Part shown: one piece after another, positions 48,724-57,349 of the stretch | Numbering within the stretch: the stretch's first letter is position 1 | How the letters are laid out: each line of letters starts with the position of its first letter | Source: a virus | Taxonomy: Duplodnaviria > Caudoviricetes | DNA: 64,000 nt | Virus record (IMG/VR): IMGVR_UViG_3300025326_000030 | Coordinates: 753 to 64,752 of that record | Reading direction: 5' to 3' (one strand) | Made by a program: the position numbers and the translations under genes | Notes under the pieces: model-generated | What the model was told of the DNA's origin: nothing | What the model saw: only the letters and a program-made list of their open reading frames with translations | Database searches by the model: none

Positions 48724-48968
48724 GCTTTTTCCTTAATGGCTACTAGCACCTCTAGCCCCAAATCAGATAAGAAATAATGGGCTGCTTTGTTGTCTCCCGA
48801 ACGCTCCAACATGCCCGCCGCCTCTAAACCATAAACAATCTTCCTGGCTTGAGACTGTGACATGTCCCACTTCTGGTAGAAGTCGTGGGCAAAGCGTTCG
48901 GTTCGCACACCAGCCTTATTATAAAACCATTCCAAAACTTCGATTAACTTTTGTCGGTCTTTGTTCAC
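48720..48968 (-). CDS. Winged-helix DNA-binding protein
   Basis: MSQSQARKIVYGLEAAGMLER...YFLSDLG. Confidence 0.6.
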   Translation of the reverse strand: MNKDRQKLIEVLEWFYNKAGVRTERFAHDFYQKWDMSQSQARKIVYGLEAAGMLERSGDNKAAHYFLSDLGLEVLVAIKEKA

Positions 48969-49996
48969 TTCATTTTCTCCTTTAACGCTGTCAATACTTG
49001 CTCTCGTAGGGGCACATTTTCATAGAGAAGGGATACGGTGGCATCCCGACCCACAGCCAATTCCGTTTCACCAAAGAGCCACTTGGCATTCCCTGAAATC
49101 TTCTCCCCATCCTTATTGGTGAACACCATAAGTTCCTTGCTAATATCCACTGCCTCTGCCACATAGTCAAAGTCTAAACCATGTGAGAATTGGCGCAAGT
49201 ACACTTCGGATTCGCTCACCAACAGTGGCGCAGTTTTGTTCTTGGTTGCTCGTGCCTTGAAGATATATCCCTGAATTACATCAGATTCAATGGTCTTTGG
49301 CTTACCATTCACCACAAGGGTAGTTCGGTCTCGGAGGATTTCAGGTTTGTTCAGGCGGACCCGAACAGAAAAGTAGTGCTGCTTGGCTTGCCCCCCTGGT
49401 GTGGTAGTGGGGTCCCCTCCCATTACACCAATCTTATAACGCATCTGATTGGTAAAGATGAGACAGGCTTTGTAATCCAGACCCATGATACGAGGAAAGA
49501 ACTTCTGGCTTAGAAGTCGAGCCAAGAGGGAAATACTACTATCTCCCATTGTCTTATCTTCTACCTCGGAAGGCGAGAGTGCGGCAATACTATCCAGAAT
49601 GATGAGGTCGAACAAATCTTCTTTGACAAGAGCAATTAATTCCTCAAGGGTATCTTCAGCAGTTTGTTTGCCACGTTTAACCACAAAGCGGTCAATGTCG
49701 GCACCATAGCGTTTCTCTAATTCCTCACGAGTGAGAGACCCTTCTACATCAAAGTAAGCTACCGTTGCTTGGGGGTCCGAGCGCAGCAGATGAGCCGCAC
49801 TCGTTCCCAGTAGGGTAGACTTCCCATAGCTCTCAAAGCCAAAGACTTCTATCATACGACCACGAGGAAATCCGCCGCCAAGCAGGTGGTTGAAGGCAAT
49901 ACTACCCGTATCAATACGTTCCACATGGTCGTATCGGTCAATGGTTTGTAATGCCTTCAGGCGCTTCTGAATGGCTTCAGACAGTTGGTTTGACAT
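48965..49996 (-). CDS. recA: RecA-family recombinase
   Basis: TGSIAFNHLLGGGFPRGRMIEVFG.ESYGKST, ILDSIAAL, FTNQMR.KIG, TPGG, KNKTAP. Confidence 0.95.
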   Translation of the reverse strand: MSNQLSEAIQKRLKALQTIDRYDHVERIDTGSIAFNHLLGGGFPRGRMIEVFGFESYGKSTLLGTSAAHLLRSDPQATVAYFDVEGSLTREELEKRYGADIDRFVVKRGKQTAEDTLEELIALVKEDLFDLIILDSIAALSPSEVEDKTMGDSSISLLARLLSQKFFPRIMGLDYKACLIFTNQMRYKIGVMGGDPTTTPGGQAKQHYFSVRVRLNKPEILRDRTTLVVNGKPKTIESDVIQGYIFKARATKNKTAPLLVSESEVYLRQFSHGLDFDYVAEAVDISKELMVFTNKDGEKISGNAKWLFGETELAVGRDATVSLLYENVPLREQVLTALKEKMK

Positions 49997-50402
49997 AATC
50001 TTTGGTGAACTCTTCCCAGAGAACCTTTAGTGCAGATACGAAGTCTTCATTAGAAACTGAGATACTTGTACCCTCTCGACCATGTTCCACATCTACAATG
50101 GGTTCTTTAAGGGTAGATACTTTTGCCATCTCTAAGAACCGAATATAGCACTTGGAATAAAAGATATAAAGGTCAATTGACTCAAGGGTCTCGACAACTA
50201 CGTCAATGCCTACTGCGTCATGTAAAGCGTTAATGACAAAGACAGACGCTTCATCAAACCCTTCGCTGACGCGCATATCGAACTTAGCTTTCTTAAAACT
50301 CACTTCATCGAACATTTCGTCAGCGATTCCTTGAGCAAGCTGATGAATAAGGTCCTCTACTGTTTCAGATAATTCAACCGAGTTTTGCGAGATTTTCTTC
50401 AT
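49977..50402 (-). CDS. Hypothetical protein
   Basis: GGAGG upstream; packed operon. Confidence 0.55.
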   Translation of the reverse strand: MKKISQNSVELSETVEDLIHQLAQGIADEMFDEVSFKKAKFDMRVSEGFDEASVFVINALHDAVGIDVVVETLESIDLYIFYSKCYIRFLEMAKVSTLKEPIVDVEHGREGTSISVSNEDFVSALKVLWEEFTKDYVKPTV

Positions 50403-50808
50403 TTAATTCCTCCATTATTTCAAAGTAAACTTTTAGACCTGAACAATAGGGCTTCAGGGTTTCCAGAGCCTTGAGGACAGTCCCATAACCACAGGACTGA
50501 ATCTTCAGACTCAAGATCGCCTTCTGCCCACTTCTCGTGTGCGCTTTATCATGGCACACACGGCATAACACACAGCTTAATTCGGGGACAAAGCTCAACC
50601 TTCTCGCTTCCCCAGTGGTTCTCCCCCGATTGACAATCTCATGGAGATCGTCAGCGGGGACAGTCCCACACCATTCACAGAGACCAGCAGACTCACGCAG
50701 GAGTTTCGACTTCAGCTTCATGCGTTGGTAAGCAAGTGCGGAGTTCTTCATTCGGTATCCATTTCTGCTGGTCTTGGTCATAAATATAGAAGGTTCGGAA
50801 AATGGCAA
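50374..50808 (-). CDS. HNH-like zinc-binding nuclease
   Basis: CEWCG...DLHEI...LCRVCH. Confidence 0.6.
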   Translation of the reverse strand: MPFSEPSIFMTKTSRNGYRMKNSALAYQRMKLKSKLLRESAGLCEWCGTVPADDLHEIVNRGRTTGEARRLSFVPELSCVLCRVCHDKAHTRSGQKAILSLKIQSCGYGTVLKALETLKPYCSGLKVYFEIMEELNEENLAKLG

Positions 50809-51073
50809 TTGCCTCTGCTAACTTCAGGCTCTTGGTGGTCGAAATATCAGCACCAATAAGGTCAGCGAGGAACACTAACCGCTCTGCTCGATCCACATGA
50901 ACAAAAATTTGATTCACCATGAGCAACCAGTAGCGAGATGCGCTAGTGGGCAAATCCCGTAACAGAACATCAGGATTGTCACACTGCCCCTTAGCAACTT
51001 CATAGTGGGTTTTATAAATCTTCTGAAGGTCTAGCATAAATACTCTCCTTATAGATTTAATTATATACTGCAT
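50693..51073 (-). CDS. Hypothetical protein
   Basis: Likely start MLDLQ after AGGAG. Confidence 0.5.
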   Translation of the reverse strand: MQYIIKSIRRVFMLDLQKIYKTHYEVAKGQCDNPDVLLRDLPTSASRYWLLMVNQIFVHVDRAERLVFLADLIGADISTTKSLKLAEAIAIFRTFYIYDQDQQKWIPNEELRTCLPTHEAEVETPA

Positions 51074-51084
51074 TCAGAACTGGG

Positions 51085-52560
51085 TCAATAACCAACTTTG
51101 GGAAAAGTAAAATACTCATTAATGGTACGAATTGGATGGGGCAGTTTCCCCTTCTTGATGTTATTCCCGATGTAGAAGTTGAAGACCAAGAAGGATTCCC
51201 AATCGCCTTCCTTGTGCCAGAACATCTCTTCGCCGAGAGCGTTTCTGGCTATCTTGCCTCTTTTACGGTCTTCTGCGGTTTCATAGAAAGGCAGGTCTTT
51301 CAGGGCGACTAACCGCTCGATACGAAGAATAGCTTGCGCTCGGATAGCAGCATCTTTGGCATAGCGGATAGAAATTTCATCGGTTTCGTAGTTGGTTTTG
51401 GGATCACCCTGAGCAGACATGATAATAGGAACGTCATGAATTTCAGCCAATTCCTTCACTGCGCTGGCAACCTGATTAGTGCCTTCCACTATGTCTTTGG
51501 AATACTGCTGCCAACGTATCAGTTGGTAGTAGTCAATCATCACCACGAGGATGCGTCCCTTGGCTTCTGCCAGCAGTTTACGCTTGGCAATTTCCACACT
51601 TATATCCTCTGGGGTGGCACCCACACAATGGAAGTAACTAATGGCTCCCATTGTTTTCTCGGCGCGGGCAATGTCTTCGTCCAACTTATCTGCCAACTCT
51701 TTCCAGGGTGGCGCTCCAAGGTCGAGGAATATCTGTTCTCCATTTTTGTAGTAGAACCCTTGCTCAAGGTAGTTAAAGGGGATTTTCATGCGACGGGACA
51801 TATAGCGACTGTGCATGGTGAGCGCATCAGTTTCGAGGTGGCAGAACAATACATCGAAACCACCAAGGCGATGGGCAATATAGTCTGCCGAATACGCCAT
51901 GATGTTGGTCTTCCCCATTTTGGAGATGGCTTCGATGATAAGGACTTCCTTGCGCTTGATGAAAGGCACGATTTCCCATGTGGCTTCAAAGGGTAGGCGT
52001 GGACCAATGGCATTTCCAGCACGCGCTTGCGCCAGATTGCCCGCTACATACTTTCGCCAGTCTTTTGCCAGATCATGCCCACCAACTGAAGAAAAAGACT
52101 TCTTCTTAGGTGCGGCTTTGTGAAGTCCCGTTACCAACTTATCATAAGCAGCAGTAATCCCCACCTTGCCATCTTCAAGGTCTGCAATCCCCTTTTCGAG
52201 GACTGTCCTCAAACGAATGGCTTCCTGATAATCTCTGAAGGCAATTACGTAAGAAGTGATAAGTCCGTCAGTGGTGGAAAAACCAAGAAGGGTTTCCAAT
52301 AAAACCCTTCCATTCTCTTGCCAGTGAGGGTCATTATCCAGAAAGGGGATAACCTCTTTGGGTAAGGGTATCCCCCCTGCCGCAGCAAGTTTGAGCAAGA
52401 CCTCAAAGACAAAGCGTTCAAATGCCATGTCTGAGGGGAAAATGTCGGGGTCAAGTTGGCGCAACTCATAGAGCTTGGTAGTATCCTCCCCAAAAGAGTT
52501 CGCCAACATCCTCTTAAGGTTCTCTTTTTGGTTATCGGTTAACATCATTTTCTGATTCAT
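51085..52560 (-). CDS. DnaB-like replicative helicase
   Basis: Walker A AISKMGKT, HLET, Walker B MIDYYQL, KELA...VPIIMSAQ. Confidence 0.85.
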   Translation of the reverse strand: MNQKMMLTDNQKENLKRMLANSFGEDTTKLYELRQLDPDIFPSDMAFERFVFEVLLKLAAAGGIPLPKEVIPFLDNDPHWQENGRVLLETLLGFSTTDGLITSYVIAFRDYQEAIRLRTVLEKGIADLEDGKVGITAAYDKLVTGLHKAAPKKKSFSSVGGHDLAKDWRKYVAGNLAQARAGNAIGPRLPFEATWEIVPFIKRKEVLIIEAISKMGKTNIMAYSADYIAHRLGGFDVLFCHLETDALTMHSRYMSRRMKIPFNYLEQGFYYKNGEQIFLDLGAPPWKELADKLDEDIARAEKTMGAISYFHCVGATPEDISVEIAKRKLLAEAKGRILVVMIDYYQLIRWQQYSKDIVEGTNQVASAVKELAEIHDVPIIMSAQGDPKTNYETDEISIRYAKDAAIRAQAILRIERLVALKDLPFYETAEDRKRGKIARNALGEEMFWHKEGDWESFLVFNFYIGNNIKKGKLPHPIRTINEYFTFPKVGY

Positions 52561-52720
52561 GCGGAGTGTGTTCTTTCACATATGCTTCGGCAAGAACAAG
52601 GATTTCTTCTAATTGCTCAGTTCGGAGTCTGATATACGGAACATCCAAACCAACCAACACGCGCATCTGACGGACATGCCGTATAACGTCATTGTTTAGA
52701 AACTCTGGATTACTGTCCAT
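52532..52720 (-). CDS. Hypothetical protein
   Basis: Short ORF between coupled genes. Confidence 0.45.
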   Translation of the reverse strand: MDSNPEFLNNDVIRHVRQMRVLVGLDVPYIRLRTEQLEEILVLAEAYVKEHTPHESENDVNR

Positions 52721-53098
52721 TTATTTCAACTCAAGATTAATAGTTGCCCATCGAATTCCTTCTTTTTCTTGGAGGGCTTTACGCAAGAGAACCTCAATTT
52801 CATATTTGAGATCGCGGCATTCCTGTTCTATTTCACGATAGTTGCTGTGTTCATCGCTTTCACGAAGCCTCTGCATTTCTTCTTCAACGCGATAAACACA
52901 GCAACTATCGTGAAATAGGCGTTTTTCTAGCACTTCCATTTGAGACCGATAGGCAACCCTAAGTTGTTCCAATCGCGCATCAGCATTTCGCCATTTTGCC
53001 AACAGGCTCTCATAAGTTTGCGTATCAGCATCATCAAGCATTATGTCATTCATTTTCTTCCTCTCCATTTTAACCACGCCAAACATATTGCAAGACAT
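52721..53098 (-). CDS. Hypothetical coiled-coil protein
   Basis: Heptad-rich; likely start MNDIM. Confidence 0.5.
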   Translation of the reverse strand: MSCNMFGVVKMERKKMNDIMLDDADTQTYESLLAKWRNADARLEQLRVAYRSQMEVLEKRLFHDSCCVYRVEEEMQRLRESDEHSNYREIEQECRDLKYEIEVLLRKALQEKEGIRWATINLELK

Positions 53099-53448
53099 GG
53101 ATCATCATTATCTACTTCAACCAAGGGAAAGTTAAATTGAGCGTGCCAATAATATTCTCGTTTGCCATCAACAAGAAAATGAGGTTCTCGAACAAGGCGG
53201 AAAGGATTGTCGCCCACCAGAGAAAGCGCCTCTTCCATGTTGTCGGTGTAGTTGTTCTGGCAAACTACCCAGTGGCGCTTCCATGCACCATCAAGAGTAT
53301 TCTCAGGCACATCATGAATTTCAACATATTTATTTCCATTAGGGTCAACCAAGAAGAAAGAATCCATGTTGGAATCCTTAACACTCCACCCCAGTGCTTT
53401 CAGAACTTCTCGTTCGAGTTCCCAATCTTCAAGTTTAGAGTAATTCAT
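53050..53448 (-). CDS. Hypothetical protein, phage ABA-sandwich-like, paralogue of 47297-47728
   Basis: YSKLEDWELEREVLKALGW...PCLAICLAWL; start at MNYSK after AGGAG. Confidence 0.6.
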   Translation of the reverse strand: MNYSKLEDWELEREVLKALGWSVKDSNMDSFFLVDPNGNKYVEIHDVPENTLDGAWKRHWVVCQNNYTDNMEEALSLVGDNPFRLVREPHFLVDGKREYYWHAQFNFPLVEVDNDDPCLAICLAWLKWRGRK

Positions 53449-53785
53449 TTTCTTTCTCCTTTTCTTGGGGACTGTCCTCAACCACAAAGCGCATTAAGTC
53501 ATTAAGAATGTCTTCCATGAGAGATTGCATTTCTTCAAGTGCGCTGATAACACACAGGTCATATTCAGGGGAATTGCGAAATTCTTCTTCGCCCCATCCC
53601 TCAAAACTAGGTTCGCTGTCTACGGCAAGAGACCCATAACGACAACTTACCCAGTAAATGTGAGGCTCCTGTACGGTCTGCAAACGGATACTCACGCACA
53701 CATCGTTAGGGGTTAATTTACGGATTCGCATTGTATCACTCATTCTTTCGGACTTGTTGCTCATCGTCAACGGCAACCGCTTCAT
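53435..53785 (-). CDS. Hypothetical protein
   Basis: Packed operon ORF; start uncertain. Confidence 0.45.
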   Translation of the reverse strand: MKRLPLTMSNKSERMSDTMRIRKLTPNDVCVSIRLQTVQEPHIYWVSCRYGSLAVDSEPSFEGWGEEEFRNSPEYDLCVISALEEMQSLMEDILNDLMRFVVEDSPQEKEKENELL

Positions 53786-53878
53786 CGCAAAGTTTTTCTA
53801 ACTCTTCGCCGTAATCATTCAAGAAGATATTTAGAGTAGTTACGGCATTAATCGCTTCCTTAAAACGCTCAAGGGGCA

Positions 53879-54484
53879 TCATTCTATTTCTCTCCCATAA
53901 TTCAGTAAATACTTCACATATTCACTTGGTTCCTTTGGTTCTTGTGGTTTTTTTGAACTCAATGCAAGAACTTCTTCGGCTAAATATTCTAGCTGGTCTA
54001 ACGAAATGATTGTAACAACTCCATCAACAGAGTAAAGCACTTCGTAAGTCCACGATTTAACACCATAAGACTGTCCCATATCACTGACTGTCATATAGTG
54101 AGGTTGTTTGCGAAGTGTAATAGTACGGATTTCGCCACTGGGGAATCGAGCAGTCAATTGGGCAGTTTCATCTGCCATTTCAATCCGAGGACAATTCCGA
54201 TAATAGTCACCTAATGGATAACTAAGAATAACCAGATGGTTATACCCCCAATCGTTATAAATAGTTAAGCTAATCCAATTGGGGCTGAGTTTTTCCTTGA
54301 TTTCCAGAACGCGTTCTGCTTTGTGATAGACAGTACAATCAGCATTTTCGCATTGCCCATCCCTAAGCGAAGCATAGCAAAATCCGCAGCAAGATTGTCC
54401 TGTAGTCGGATGGGATACCTGTGTAGGACAGTCCTCTAGGTGTTTCAATTCTTCATGCAACTGAATAAAAGTTTCTTGGTTCAT
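53879..54484 (-). CDS. Hypothetical protein with Cys cluster
   Basis: CCGFC...C...C; GGAGGAG ribosome-binding site. Confidence 0.6.
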   Translation of the reverse strand: MNQETFIQLHEELKHLEDCPTQVSHPTTGQSCCGFCYASLRDGQCENADCTVYHKAERVLEIKEKLSPNWISLTIYNDWGYNHLVILSYPLGDYYRNCPRIEMADETAQLTARFPSGEIRTITLRKQPHYMTVSDMGQSYGVKSWTYEVLYSVDGVVTIISLDQLEYLAEEVLALSSKKPQEPKEPSEYVKYLLNYGREIE

Positions 54485-55056
54485 TCTATTTCTCCTCCGT
54501 AATGGTCTTCTAATTCTTGTCTCATTCTATCCTCAAGGTCCCGTTTCGCATAGTAGGCTTCAAGCTGAAGTTCCTGATTACGCCTTGAAGTTAATTGGGC
54601 ATAATCGAAAAATAAACCACGAACTGCCTGAATGATTGATTTGCGTTCTTTTAGGAACTCCATTGCCTTAACTGAGCGCCTATTCATGCGTGTGATAATC
54701 GCTGCAACAGTTTCCTCGTCGAAGAAAGTCAACTCAACTTCACGACCAGACCGATCACGACTTAACAATCTGTTAAGTGACACGAATTCTGACAAATCGC
54801 TTTCCATAAGACGCTTAATCGCCATTGCAATAGCAGGTTCGCTCATGTCAGTAGCACGAGCAATTTCCGCCTCGTTCATCCAAATCTGACCCGCACTATC
54901 AAAAAGTACCTTTGCTCCACGTACTTCTGCTAGATAGAAAACATGAAACTCCTGAGTTTCTTGATTAAGCAGTTCTATCTTCTGAAGAAATTCAATACCC
55001 CGAAGGTGCTGAAGCTCAGAAAAGACTGATTCTATAAGAGTTAATTCGTTTACCAT
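54481..55056 (-). CDS. DNA-binding protein, antirepressor/RhuM-N-like
   Basis: IWMNEAEIA...IAMAIKR...SGREV..FFDEETVAAI..R....KA.EF; start taken at MVNEL. Confidence 0.5.
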   Translation of the reverse strand: MVNELTLIESVFSELQHLRGIEFLQKIELLNQETQEFHVFYLAEVRGAKVLFDSAGQIWMNEAEIARATDMSEPAIAMAIKRLMESDLSEFVSLNRLLSRDRSGREVELTFFDEETVAAIITRMNRRSVKAMEFLKERKSIIQAVRGLFFDYAQLTSRRNQELQLEAYYAKRDLEDRMRQELEDHYGGEIE

Positions 55057-55251
55057 CGCATTATCCTTTTGTTCCGATTGCTTTTCGTCGCTGGATAAGG
55101 TAAACTCCTTGCTACCTCGTAATTGAAATCTAGCGACTAACCGCACCTAGCGGTTCTTTGTTTTATGGTTCTATCTGAACAAGTGAGTGATTCAGGTTCG
55201 TTTACAAGGCGAAGTAGTCCAAATCTTCGGCTCAGATACCAATAAGGATAC

Positions 55252-55282
55252 CAAAAAGAACTTGCGTATGCAAGTCCTCTTT
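55252..55282 (-). terminator. Intrinsic terminator after the TROVE gene, overlapping a promoter
   Basis: Minus strand GGACTTGC-ATAC-GCAAGTTC-TTTTT; same bases give TTGCAT-17 nt-TATCCT. Confidence 0.65.
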
Positions 55283-55324
55283 GTGGTAGGTAAAGCCCAA
55301 ATAAAGAATTCAGAGATGATTATA

Positions 55325-56893
55325 TCAGAGTTCGTACTTATTTACAGCATCTACCTGTGTACCCAGACCATTAGCGGTTAGCGCAATGAACTTTAGGATG
55401 CTATCACTCCATCCGTAGATGTAATACACATCTGGCTCGTTTTGTGGTGCAACCGCATGGCGATAGGGAGCCAACTGGATCAAGAAGGCTTTTGCCTTGG
55501 GCGAAACATGGCGCTTATACTGCTGCCACAGTTCCACGAAGCCACTGCCTACCCATTCCGCGCTGTCGGTGATACCAATGAAAATGTCCACTTTGGTCCG
55601 ATCATCTATCAATTGTTTGATGGGCGCACTCAGACTAGTACCCCCGCCACCAATGGCGGCAAGGCGATTAGCAGTAGTCATCATGCTATCCTGTGCGGAG
55701 AGCTTGATAGGCACCACGCGAGACTCAAAGGGCAAGACCAAGCTCATCTTGCTCTTCTTCAGGAGCGCAGCCGCGAAAATACCCGCCACGTCAATGAAGC
55801 GCGTAGCACCCTTATCAGTCAGTTGCCCACTCATGCTCCCGCTTACGTCTGGGGCAATGCAGATTACGCCCTCAAGGTCAGGCAGGTTCACAAAACTTTT
55901 GTCAATTGCACTGACCAACGACTCACTAACCGCCTGCTCAACATGATTCTGAGGGTTGAACATCTTATAAGCCGTGAACAAACGGAAGGGCAGAATCTTG
56001 GCTTTATGGATATTCTCTGCGTCATTCATGCGCGTTGCCACATACGCGGCGTTATCTTGATCTGCCAAGACCCCTGCCTTTTGCAAGGTATTCAGGTGGC
56101 GCATGAGTGCCATATAAGGCATTTGACGCATGAGAGAAGACCACAGGGATTTGTCGGGTTGAATCACCCCCGTGACAATCTCGTAGGGCAGCTTGCCAGA
56201 GGCAATCAATCCCTCGTATTCGTCAGGGGGTGATTTCTTAAGCATTTCAAATGCCTCTAGCTGAGGCGTAAGTGCGCGACTGCGGGTATCAAGCCACTTA
56301 TCGGGTTGAGTTAGATACATGAAAATAGTGTTCTGCTTCTCACTGGTGGTCTTGGGATGCACTAGACGCAGAATATCCCGAATAGCATACCCCTGACCAC
56401 CTGTAGCGTACTTCAGGGCGTGGTATTCACTCAAATTCAGAAGCCAATTGGCAATCATGCGTTTAATGGCACGTCCCATGCCCTTAGAGCCCACCACGCC
56501 ACCCCGAACAATCTCCACGAAGTCCGCCAGATCACCAGGAGTTAGAATCACACGACTGAAAATCTGTCGGGCAATCTGGGGGTGTCGTTTAGCCAGATGC
56601 GCCAACCCAATAACGGGTTGCATACGCATCAATCCCTCATTGCGGGCATAGACAATTGCCTTTGCCGCAAACTGGGGACTGTCCTGCGTCATTTGGGCAT
56701 GGAGACCCAGAGATTCTCGGAGCAACTTCTCTTCAGACGCATAGAACGTACCCCCAAGCGTATTGGTGAGAAGCACCTGAAGGTAAGCCTCTTCATCACT
56801 GCGTTGGAAAGTAGGAAACCCTTCATAATTCACCTCAGTGGTTGCATCGTAAGGATTCAAATTTTTAACGAACTTATTTTGTACGCGCCCCAT
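55325..56893 (-). CDS. rsr: Ro60/TROVE domain RNA-binding protein with C-terminal vWA domain
   Basis: N.EG...F, GTFYAS, YARNEG.MR, KY...GY..RDILRLVHPK, QMPYMALMRHLNTL, ILPFR...AY, MIDAS DVSGSM, GGGT, ITD, YGWSD. Confidence 0.95.
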   Translation of the reverse strand: MGRVQNKFVKNLNPYDATTEVNYEGFPTFQRSDEEAYLQVLLTNTLGGTFYASEEKLLRESLGLHAQMTQDSPQFAAKAIVYARNEGLMRMQPVIGLAHLAKRHPQIARQIFSRVILTPGDLADFVEIVRGGVVGSKGMGRAIKRMIANWLLNLSEYHALKYATGGQGYAIRDILRLVHPKTTSEKQNTIFMYLTQPDKWLDTRSRALTPQLEAFEMLKKSPPDEYEGLIASGKLPYEIVTGVIQPDKSLWSSLMRQMPYMALMRHLNTLQKAGVLADQDNAAYVATRMNDAENIHKAKILPFRLFTAYKMFNPQNHVEQAVSESLVSAIDKSFVNLPDLEGVICIAPDVSGSMSGQLTDKGATRFIDVAGIFAAALLKKSKMSLVLPFESRVVPIKLSAQDSMMTTANRLAAIGGGGTSLSAPIKQLIDDRTKVDIFIGITDSAEWVGSGFVELWQQYKRHVSPKAKAFLIQLAPYRHAVAPQNEPDVYYIYGWSDSILKFIALTANGLGTQVDAVNKYEL

Positions 56894-56987
56894 GTTAACC
56901 TTCCTTTTGGGGTATAATCAAACCGAACCTTAGATAATTGCCTTATTCTCTATTGTGACGCCACTGTAAGGCGTTCTCTTGATGATT

Positions 56988-57092
56988 GCGCCATGAAGAA
57001 GGTTTTTTGAGAATCATTGCGGATTTGAACCGCTAATGGCATAGAGCCATTCGTTAACCGATACGAAGCAGACCCCCAACTCACCTCATGGT
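56988..57092 (-). ncRNA. Y RNA-like gene D
   Basis: Terminal stem CCAUGAGG/CUUCAUGG, inner stem UUGGGGGUC/GAUUCUCAA, two hairpins and T arm GCGG-UUCAAAU-CCGC. Confidence 0.8.
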
Positions 57093-57099
57093 GATAATA

Positions 57100-57239
57100 C
57101 CGCTACGAAGAAGTTGTCTGTACAGGACTTTCATAACCGCTGCTTTGAAGACTTAGCTACATCCCAATTTGGAATGGACGGATTTCATACCGTCGATCAC
57201 GGTTTGTCGTCGAAGCACCCCATACATGCACCTCGTAGT
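57100..57239 (-). ncRNA. Y RNA-like gene C (YrlA-type permuted tRNA domain)
   Basis: Terminal stem CUACGAGG/CUUCGUAG; AACCGU/GCGGUU closes T-like arm GACGG/CCGUC, looped acceptor CAUUCCA/UGGGAUG, UA, D-like arm GCU/AGC. Confidence 0.85.
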
Positions 57240-57251
57240 TCTTAAATAATT

Positions 57252-57327
57252 GCGCTGTGAAGAATTGTGTGTGGAGAGGCACATTTTGATTTTCAGTCGG
57301 AGTAGCCCCGTCCATTCGCCTCACAGT
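57252..57327 (-). ncRNA. Y RNA-like gene B (minimal)
   Basis: Terminal stem CUGUGAGG/CUUCACAG, GGCGAAUG on 5' strand, inner stem, loop containing GA-CUGAAAA-UC. Confidence 0.75.
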
Positions 57328-57349
57328 CGTGAATCTAAACCATATAATA

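Noticed and set aside
51334-51996. 220-aa plus-strand ORF opposite the helicase
   Set aside because: Antisense shadow ORF
1796-54078. One-mismatch variants of the palindrome (for example GGACAATCC near 1797, GGACAGCCC near 2196, AGACTGTCC near 54068)
   Set aside because: Left out of the count because one-mismatch 9-mers are expected by chance
55442-56233. 263-aa plus-strand ORF opposite the TROVE gene
   Set aside because: Antisense shadow of a strongly supported gene with no motifs
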